Positions 19,182-26,345 of a DNA stretch of 64,000 nt are shown piece by piece. Under the pieces are notes generated by a model. The model was given only the letters and a program-made list of their open reading frames with translations, did not search any database and was not told the origin of the DNA. A program made the translations under genes and the position numbers. The stretch's first letter is position 1. Each line of letters begins with the position of its first letter. Origin of the DNA: a virus; IMG/VR virus record IMGVR_UViG_3300026097_001455, positions 16,862 to 80,861 of that record; one strand, given 5' to 3'.

Positions 19182-19604
19182 ATGAAAGCTATTGTTTTAA
19201 AATTTGCAGATTTAACTCCAGAACTAGAGAGTAAGATTGATAGGTTTATGTACGTAGAGATGCAAAAGCTTTTTTCTGAAGAAGAACAAGAGGAGATCAT
19301 GATTATGGATGAAGATGAAGCTACCTTAGTGGCTTTCGTTGACGAAAATCAGCATAATAAACTTAATCAATTGGTGGGCGGCATTAAGCTTTTAGACAAC
19401 TCTGCTATTGCAAAGTATGAGGATGTTACGGATAATTTCTTGTACAATAATGACTTTTCTGATTATACTAAGAAATCAGACAAAATTGATTCATTTATTA
19501 AAAGTCATCTTGATGTAGATGCTGTTCTTGATAAAATCTCAAATATTGGTATTGATAGATTGATTGATGCTGATCGAGAAATCCTTGAAGCTGCTAGTCA
19601 CTAA
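19182..19604 (+). CDS. Hypothetical protein with C-terminal DUF6576-like motif
   Basis: LDVDAVLDKISNIGIDRLIDADREIL. Confidence 0.6.
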   Translation: MKAIVLKFADLTPELESKIDRFMYVEMQKLFSEEEQEEIMIMDEDEATLVAFVDENQHNKLNQLVGGIKLLDNSAIAKYEDVTDNFLYNNDFSDYTKKSDKIDSFIKSHLDVDAVLDKISNIGIDRLIDADREILEAASH

Positions 19605-21537
19605 GAAGTTTAGCAATGAGTTGAGTCATAATACTTTCGTTAGACACACGAACCTTCTTGTTGTAATCCTTGTTGTCAAGAACTTTACTAACAACCTGGC
19701 CTTTGCCCTCAAGTAACTCTACAATATCTTCATCAATTGTGTCAACCACAACATATCTGATTATATGAATATTATCATGCTGAGTTGTTGCTCTATGTAT
19801 TCTATCCTCCGCCTGTTCCATATCAGCAGGAGTCCATGCGTAGCCTAAGAATATTAGAGTAGCAGCCTCAGTTAAAGTAATACCAACTCCAGATGCACCT
19901 ATCATACCAGCAAATACATTAATTTTCTTGTCCTCCTGGAATCTATCAACAGATACTTGCTTTTCCTCTTGGTTCATACTTCCAGTGTGAATAACTGAAT
20001 TACCTGCGAACTTCTCATGAAGCTCTTCTGCTAGAAATTGATAGTCTGACATAACAACAAGCTTTTCATTATTTCCAGTCAACTCCTCAACTACGTCATC
20101 ACTAATCATCCTCTTAAGCTTAACACCTCCAGTAAACTGCTTTAGCTTGTGGACTTTTTCTAAAAAGGATTCTTCCTTTTCTTCCTCAGTTCCATCTTCA
20201 GCAACCACTTTCTTCATTTCTTTGACAAGTTTATTATACTCACGCCTTTCTGCGGGTGTAAGCTCTATTTGAATATCTGTGTAAGTCTTCTCTGGCAGCT
20301 GATCAAGAACATCTTTCTTAAGCCTTCTAAGGAAGAAAGGGGATATTCTGGAGAATAGCTCCTCAAGATTTGATGCTCCATCATAATCCCAGCCAAATCT
20401 ATCTTCAAATGCAGCACAGTATCTAATTCCATAATCATGATAACTATTCCACATGTCTGGATATAAGAAGTTAAGTCCAGAAAATAATTCTTTAGGCCTA
20501 CTCTTAATGGCGGTACCTGATATAAGTATCTTTTTTTCTATAGTATCTCTGAAAGCTTTCTTTATAATTTGTGTCCAATCTGTTTTTGGGTCCTTAATCC
20601 TGTGAAACTCATCAATCACTATAAGATCATATTCTTCAGGGTCAATATACGCATCGCCCTTATCTCTAAAATACGCAAGTCCATTGACCCTTGTTTTAAA
20701 ACTGTTCGTGTTTTTGCAGTCTTCACATTTCTTGTGCTTTTTCTTAAGATCAATGATCTCACAGCCGCACTGCTGAGAACCCTTTCCAGGAACTATTATT
20801 CTACCCTTACACTTATGCTTATATTCAAGTTTAATGTAAGTCTGAATTGACTCGTAGTTAATTATATGGAATAGAGAATCTTCTTTTGCATAGTTGATCT
20901 TGCCGCTCTTCTTAGTTGGGGCATATTTGTATACATGAGCTCTCTCGTTAGAAAACTTAAGTATTTCTTTCCTCCAGTTAAGCTTGAGAGATGCTGGACA
21001 TACCACAAGAGTCTTAAGACCATGCTTGGCAGCATAAGCAATAGCTGGGAGTGTCTTACCAACACCTGGCTGATCTCCAAGTATGGCTTTACCATTATTG
21101 ATTTCGAAAAACTTAACAGCTTGCTTCTGGTAGTCGTAAGGCTGAATTTTCATAAAACTGAAATCCATATCATCAAAACTAAGGTCAGCCTGCTTTACTT
21201 TAAGCGCTTCCTTAATTCTCTTTTGCCTGATTCTATATTCATTTCTTAGGTGATTCAATTCTTCTGGCAGAAGATTCTCAAACGCAAAAGGAATTGCGTT
21301 ATCAACCATAAAGGAGATAATGTTTCCCACTTGGACTTCACGAATAATTCTAACCCAATCATCCTTTGTCCCCTCTGGAGTCATGATATTATCTACACGA
21401 ACTGACCTATGTTCCTTAGGTAGCTTCTTTATAAAGTTTGTAAGCACTGGTAAGTAATCGTACCTAAGTTCGTAATTAGTCCTGAGTTTCTTGATCTTAA
21501 CCTCAGGGGTCTTTTTATTTTTGCTTTTCTTTGCCAC
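19594..21537 (-). CDS. SNF2-family helicase (SMARCAL1-like)
   Basis: GDQPGVGKT, VVCPASLKLNW, IDEFH, ISGT, RRLKKDVL, QAEDRIHR; GTG start. Confidence 0.92.
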   Translation of the reverse strand: MAKKSKNKKTPEVKIKKLRTNYELRYDYLPVLTNFIKKLPKEHRSVRVDNIMTPEGTKDDWVRIIREVQVGNIISFMVDNAIPFAFENLLPEELNHLRNEYRIRQKRIKEALKVKQADLSFDDMDFSFMKIQPYDYQKQAVKFFEINNGKAILGDQPGVGKTLPAIAYAAKHGLKTLVVCPASLKLNWRKEILKFSNERAHVYKYAPTKKSGKINYAKEDSLFHIINYESIQTYIKLEYKHKCKGRIIVPGKGSQQCGCEIIDLKKKHKKCEDCKNTNSFKTRVNGLAYFRDKGDAYIDPEEYDLIVIDEFHRIKDPKTDWTQIIKKAFRDTIEKKILISGTAIKSRPKELFSGLNFLYPDMWNSYHDYGIRYCAAFEDRFGWDYDGASNLEELFSRISPFFLRRLKKDVLDQLPEKTYTDIQIELTPAERREYNKLVKEMKKVVAEDGTEEEKEESFLEKVHKLKQFTGGVKLKRMISDDVVEELTGNNEKLVVMSDYQFLAEELHEKFAGNSVIHTGSMNQEEKQVSVDRFQEDKKINVFAGMIGASGVGITLTEAATLIFLGYAWTPADMEQAEDRIHRATTQHDNIHIIRYVVVDTIDEDIVELLEGKGQVVSKVLDNKDYNKKVRVSNESIMTQLIAKLLSD

Positions 21538-21574
21538 TATTAAATATAATAATATGAACCCTAAGTATCAAGAG

Positions 21575-21982
21575 CTAAGAAGCATTTGCTGCGTTCTTCT
21601 TTTTCTTTGACTTTCTAAGGTTTTCAGTTCGTTTTATATAGCTCTCTTCTTTTTCAACACTAATCTTCTTATCAACAATAGCTTTCTCCAGAGTGTTGTT
21701 AGGAATTTCCTCTCCCTTGTACTCTATAATCTTATCTGGCTTCTTTTTTGTTTTAGCGTTAGCTCTTTCAAAATATCCACTTCTAATCTGTATTTGATTC
21801 CTGATAATGTCAGCCATAAGCTTAATGTCCTGCATGGACTGTCTAACATCTACTCCAGCAGTTTTATTGTCTCTCAATACCTGCTCAGTCCTCTTTTTAA
21901 GGTCTTCAGCAGTTTCAATCAACTTGTAAAGAACATCTAGCTCATTACATTCTCTAAAATTTTCCAACTCATTAAGCTCCAT
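21575..21982 (-). CDS. Histone H1-like (Hc1-type) helical protein
   Basis: NKTAGVDVRQSMQDIKLMADIIR resembles the GNKxAGxRxRK..QxxKxxAxxxR family motif. Confidence 0.5.
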   Translation of the reverse strand: MELNELENFRECNELDVLYKLIETAEDLKKRTEQVLRDNKTAGVDVRQSMQDIKLMADIIRNQIQIRSGYFERANAKTKKKPDKIIEYKGEEIPNNTLEKAIVDKKISVEKEESYIKRTENLRKSKKKKNAANAS

Positions 21983-22376
21983 CTTTATTGATATTTTCCT
22001 TGACCTTTTCTTCTAAGGCACTCTGGTCAACTATACCTTGTTTTGCAAGTTCTTTGTCTTGCTCTCTTTTCTTGATAACGTCCGAAACCGTGCACCCCTT
22101 CTTGGCTGATTCATAAAGATCAATCGCAAATCTATCATCTGTGTAAATGTCGTGATCTACTCTAACAAAAGCTCTGCCTCCCATTTTAACTTTAGGAGAA
22201 TCTTTCTCTTCATCATCAGCATAGTCAAGCCAGAAAAAACCAACCATATCCTCCTCGTTCTCCAATCTCATAACGACCTCCTCCCTTGGATTAAATGGTT
22301 CAATTCCTTTTTCCTCGATTTCCTTTATACTTGAATCAACATATTCCAGGACTTCTTCTTTACTGTAGTACGCCAT
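21972..22376 (-). CDS. Hypothetical protein
   Basis: 134 aa. Confidence 0.7.
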   Translation of the reverse strand: MAYYSKEEVLEYVDSSIKEIEEKGIEPFNPREEVVMRLENEEDMVGFFWLDYADDEEKDSPKVKMGGRAFVRVDHDIYTDDRFAIDLYESAKKGCTVSDVIKKREQDKELAKQGIVDQSALEEKVKENINKDGA

Positions 22377-22381
22377 TTCTA

Positions 22382-23638
22382 TTATAATTTAATGTATTCT
22401 TGAATCTTGCCTGCAGTCTTCTTACCAACACCCTTTAATGTTGTTAGGTCATTATCCTCAAGGAACTTTTTAAGCTGACCATAGTTGGCAATATCGTTAT
22501 TGTTTAGGGTTTTAATGATTCTTTTATCATCAATAAATCTTTCAAGTTTACTGTTAGCTCTAAACTTCTTTTTCTTTGGAGCCTTCTTTGTAGGTTTTAG
22601 CTCTGGAGCATTGATTCCATTGATTGTCATCAGGTAGTAGCTCAAGTTCATTCCCACAAGGTCAAGAACTTTTACAATATCTAACAATTCAAAGAATGAT
22701 GAATCAAACTTAAAGCTCTCTATTTCAAATTCAAATTTATTGATCTGAGCTGAGCAGTTTTTTACATTCAAGTCAATATCAAACTCAAGAGAAAAATCAC
22801 CATCTAACAATCGACCTCCAAGACTTCTATTTCTTCCAATTTTATTAAAAGTGAAATTATAGACATCATCTTTTCTGTGTCTATAGTTAATATTTTTCTT
22901 AGCAGGCTCAAGTCTTGATATTCCTTCTTTTAATTTGCCCATAAAAAATCTAAGCTCTTCTATCTTAGAAGGTGTAAGTCTGCTATTTTCATCTTTTGAT
23001 GCTTTCTTAAGATTAGATTTACCAAGTTTTGCATCTAAAGAGAACGGTAGGTTCCCAATAGTTGCAGAAAGAGACTTGTCAACAAGCTCTCTATCATTAC
23101 CTTCCTTCATGTTTTTAAGAGCTTCAAGCTTTCTTAAAGTTGATTCTGACATATCTTCCGAAGCTTTTGCAAAAGGCATTGCTCCACGGAGTGCATCAAA
23201 ATCCTTAACAGACTCTAAAAGCTCTTCTTTAGACTTCCCTTTCTTCTCTCTTTCAACCCCTGCGTGCGGAGTTTCTTTCGGCTTTTTACCAGTAGCAAGA
23301 GATTTCATTTTATCTACATCAAATACAAATCCTTTGTAAGTATACCTTCCATCTTCCAATTCATCTACATCTTCAATAGGAGCGTCCATAGCTTCTCTGA
23401 TCTTTTCTTCTAACATGCTCTTAGGAGCTTCGCTATCATCACCACTATTGTCAGACTCATCTGATGTTTCAAAAATTTCCTTCTGGAGCTCAAGAAGTAT
23501 TTCTTCCTTAAGACTTTCAATATCTTCTTTTGGAGTTGTCTTATACAGTTCATCAAGAACTGAATTTCTTAAATCTTTTTCAAAAGACTTAAGTGCATCT
23601 TTTTTAATTCTTTTAGCAATCTTTTTACTGAATCCCAT
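22382..23638 (-). CDS. Hypothetical protein with C-terminal HhH / RNAP alpha-CTD-like domain
   Basis: RIIKTLNNNDIANYGQL...DLTTLKGVGKKTAGKI. Confidence 0.6.
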   Translation of the reverse strand: MGFSKKIAKRIKKDALKSFEKDLRNSVLDELYKTTPKEDIESLKEEILLELQKEIFETSDESDNSGDDSEAPKSMLEEKIREAMDAPIEDVDELEDGRYTYKGFVFDVDKMKSLATGKKPKETPHAGVEREKKGKSKEELLESVKDFDALRGAMPFAKASEDMSESTLRKLEALKNMKEGNDRELVDKSLSATIGNLPFSLDAKLGKSNLKKASKDENSRLTPSKIEELRFFMGKLKEGISRLEPAKKNINYRHRKDDVYNFTFNKIGRNRSLGGRLLDGDFSLEFDIDLNVKNCSAQINKFEFEIESFKFDSSFFELLDIVKVLDLVGMNLSYYLMTINGINAPELKPTKKAPKKKKFRANSKLERFIDDKRIIKTLNNNDIANYGQLKKFLEDNDLTTLKGVGKKTAGKIQEYIKL

Positions 23639-23646
23639 AATTCCTA

Positions 23647-24552
23647 TTATTTTTTGTGTTCAAGTAACAGCTGTCTGTCTTGGTTTTTATCATTATTACA
23701 CAACGGATGCTTTCCTCCCTTGAACTTGCAGAACATGCATCCGAGAAACTCGTTTCCCGTGTGTTTTATTTTAGGAAATCTTTTGATTAGATGGATACTT
23801 TGTATAGTATCTGCCAACTTTTCAAGCGATTCCATTATTTCCTCTTTACTGGAGTTTATCTCCACATTCTGAACGCCTCCACATCCAGACTCTGGCTTTT
23901 TCTTATTTTTAAGCCTGTTTAACACGATGTACTCACAATCTATATTATCAAGATCAACATCGTTCTTTCTAGCCCAGAAGTACTTATAGAATCTCATCTG
24001 GCACAAGAATATATCATCCTCAAGTTTTTTCTTTAAGTTCCACTTCTGGCTTGATGTCTTCCAGTCTATTATGACATATCTACCAGTTTCTCTATCCTGA
24101 ACCACCAGATCAATAAATCCTTTAAAATAGAACTCACCGTATATGTGTTCAAATATTGGCTCCTCAACAGATACGATCTTATACTTTCTGACTATATCTT
24201 CAACTGAAAGAATTCTAAGCAATTCTTCGCCTTGATTCAAGTAATTTTTTAATTCTTCCTCAAACCCTGGCTCACCCTTCATATTATCAAGCATGTCCTT
24301 AGCAAAAGTTCTCTTAAAATAATCTATCCTCCTCTTCAGGCCCATAGTGTCTTTGAGCGTCTTTTCAAGCGACTCGTGAATAGCATTACCAAAAAATAGA
24401 TGGACTGTCATTACAGAATCCGTAAGCTTAAGGTGTTTTTCAACCAAATGCCTATGTCCGCATTGATTAAATAAACTGAACTCACTGAAGCTAATATGTA
24501 TTTTATTAGCATATTTATCATTGAGCGCTATGTAGTTTGAGTCCTTGTCCAT
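23647..24552 (-). CDS. PD-(D/E)XK nuclease (RecB/AddB/Cas4-like)
   Basis: HISFSEFSLFNQCG, GFIDLV...IIDWKTS, QMRFY, CMFCKF...C. Confidence 0.88.
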   Translation of the reverse strand: MDKDSNYIALNDKYANKIHISFSEFSLFNQCGHRHLVEKHLKLTDSVMTVHLFFGNAIHESLEKTLKDTMGLKRRIDYFKRTFAKDMLDNMKGEPGFEEELKNYLNQGEELLRILSVEDIVRKYKIVSVEEPIFEHIYGEFYFKGFIDLVVQDRETGRYVIIDWKTSSQKWNLKKKLEDDIFLCQMRFYKYFWARKNDVDLDNIDCEYIVLNRLKNKKKPESGCGGVQNVEINSSKEEIMESLEKLADTIQSIHLIKRFPKIKHTGNEFLGCMFCKFKGGKHPLCNNDKNQDRQLLLEHKK

Positions 24553-24626
24553 TTTTTAGATGGGGTTTTACTAAATAGAAGCAAAAAACATCTAAAAATC
24601 AAAAATTTAGAAGATTTTATACAAGA

Positions 24627-25343
24627 ATGAACCAGATCAGTGAGGCACATATTAGAAAAATAATAAGAGATGTCATATCAGAATCTCTAATTACAGAAAT
24701 TTCTGCTGAAGAAAAATCTAAGGTAATGGGAAAGAGTAACGAAAGAGTTCCTTTCTCAACCGAACTGATGAAACAAGCTATTCAACAAGGTCGTGAAGTA
24801 GGGATTAACTTCCAATCTAACAACACCAAGTATAAAATGCCTACTGTTAAGGCTAGGATAATTCACCCAGTAGCTATGGGGTATGACAGCAAAGGAAATC
24901 TTGTTATAAGAGGTCTTCATGTAACTGGTCAATCAGAAAAGGCTGCAAGAGAAACTGGAATTAGGAGTGCTGAGGTTGAAGCTGAAAAGGATGGAATGAA
25001 CGCTTGGAGGCTTTTTAGGTCAGATAATTTAAGGTCAATGTGGTTTACCGATAGGTTCTTTAGTGATAGCATACCAGGATACAATCCAAATGATAGCGCT
25101 ATGTCTTCAGTAATAGCTTCATACGACCCAGGGGCAGCTAAGAAATACCAAGACAATCTTGTTACAGGGGAGCCAGAACAACAGCAGCCAGAGCAGCCCC
25201 AACAAACACAAGCACAAGCACAACAACAACAACAGTCAGAGCCTGAAATGCAAAAAAGGCCCCCAGTAACTAAGGACCTTGATCAAATGGATTATGAAGA
25301 TCAGCCAGTTCAAGAAAAGAAGGTTAGAAGCCTATTTAAGTAG
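24627..25343 (+). CDS. WYL-like domain protein
   Basis: ARIIHPVAMG...IRGLH...WRLFRSDNL; Q-rich tail. Confidence 0.65.
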   Translation: MNQISEAHIRKIIRDVISESLITEISAEEKSKVMGKSNERVPFSTELMKQAIQQGREVGINFQSNNTKYKMPTVKARIIHPVAMGYDSKGNLVIRGLHVTGQSEKAARETGIRSAEVEAEKDGMNAWRLFRSDNLRSMWFTDRFFSDSIPGYNPNDSAMSSVIASYDPGAAKKYQDNLVTGEPEQQQPEQPQQTQAQAQQQQQSEPEMQKRPPVTKDLDQMDYEDQPVQEKKVRSLFK

Positions 25344-25361
25344 TTGCCACATTAAAACGTG

Positions 25362-25413
25362 GCATAACAGCCGATAAAATTGCATTGAAACGCATTTTAT
25401 CTTGGTGTTAGGC
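25362..25413 (-). mobile_element. attC-like recombination site (52 bp)
   Basis: Minus strand GCCTAAC...GTTATGC (RYYYAAC / GTT-core) enclosing an imperfect palindrome with bulges (gataaaa/ttttatc, tgc/gca); the cassette ORF stop TAA lies inside GCCTAAC. Confidence 0.7.
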
Positions 25414-25626
25414 GTAATTTATAGCCTTCTTCAACTGTCTTAATACCCTTTTGCAATGTTTTTTATCTTCACCTTCGTTATTCCACACAAGAAACTCATA
25501 AGTGCTTATCATCCCCTCAATATCTTCATCTCTTAGGATAACTTTTGTGTGAGAAAAACTACGCCTAACAACAGGTATAGTTAATTCCTGTTCTGTGCTT
25601 GTTTCTAAGTTCTGTTCTTTTTTCAT
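25408..25626 (-). CDS. Small gene-cassette ORF
   Basis: 72 aa; starts inside one attC-like site and stops inside the other. Confidence 0.65.
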   Translation of the reverse strand: MKKEQNLETSTEQELTIPVVRRSFSHTKVILRDEDIEGMISTYEFLVWNNEGEDKKHCKRVLRQLKKAINYA

Positions 25627-25691
25627 CGTTATATCTATTTTGAAAGTTTTGTAATTCTATTCAGGCACTAACCATACCCAAAACGTTATAC
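25563..25691 (-). mobile_element. attC-like recombination site (129 bp)
   Basis: Minus strand GTATAAC-gttttg-ggtatggttagtgcctg...caggaattaactatacc-tgtt-GTTAGGC; the upstream gene's stop lies inside GTATAAC. Confidence 0.65.
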
Positions 25692-26345
25692 ATCATTTTT
25701 TGGAGCATAATACTTCCCACGAATTTTAACACCCTCTTTTATGAAGCCATCTTTGGATTTATAGTTTTGTTTTGATAGGAGAACCATGCCTTTGGTTTTT
25801 ATCTCTATTTCTTCTAGCTTTTTATTTGACTCCTTAAGTATTTTATCCGCCTTTTCCTTGAGGCTATGTAAACTAATAGATGTGTGAGATTTTCTTTTCC
25901 ATTCTTCAACTAATATTTCATCACCTAGTATAAAAAGATGGAATAGATTAATTCCTCTACTTATTCTAAACACCGTCTTATCATTGTAGATGCCCTCATG
26001 TCTTATCCCCTTCTCATCTGGATTTTCCCAGTCTACCATGAATCTTGATTCGATAGCTTCTTTAATATCTTCTTTTCTTTCCTCTTTTTTCTGATCAGAC
26101 TCAAGCCTTCTGAGTTTGGACTTAATTCTATTCTGTGCCTCCTGCTTAAGTTTTTCTTGCTTAAGCTTAGCCTCTCTTTCGCCTTGCCTCTCATTCTTTT
26201 GCTTAGACTCCTTGATGGCTTTCATGGCCTCTCTAGCCAGTTCATCAATAGACTTTTCTGGCTGCTCTGAATCCCTGATCTCTCTAGCTAGATCATCAAT
26301 GGTCTTTTGAGACTCTGAATCTTTTTTATTTCCTTCCTCTGCCAT
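25686..26345 (-). CDS. Charged coiled-coil hypothetical protein
   Basis: 219 aa; KTIDDLARE/KSIDELARE repeat. Confidence 0.7.
   Translation of the reverse strand: MAEEGNKKDSESQKTIDDLAREIRDSEQPEKSIDELAREAMKAIKESKQKNERQGEREAKLKQEKLKQEAQNRIKSKLRRLESDQKKEERKEDIKEAIESRFMVDWENPDEKGIRHEGIYNDKTVFRISRGINLFHLFILGDEILVEEWKRKSHTSISLHSLKEKADKILKESNKKLEEIEIKTKGMVLLSKQNYKSKDGFIKEGVKIRGKYYAPKNDV

Noticed and set aside
23647-24552. Cas4 as part of a CRISPR-Cas locus
   Set aside because: No cas1/cas2 or array; stand-alone Cas4/RecB-like nucleases are common in phages.
25170-25240. CAA/CAG-rich tandem repeat
   Set aside because: Simply encodes the Gln-rich linker of the WYL protein.
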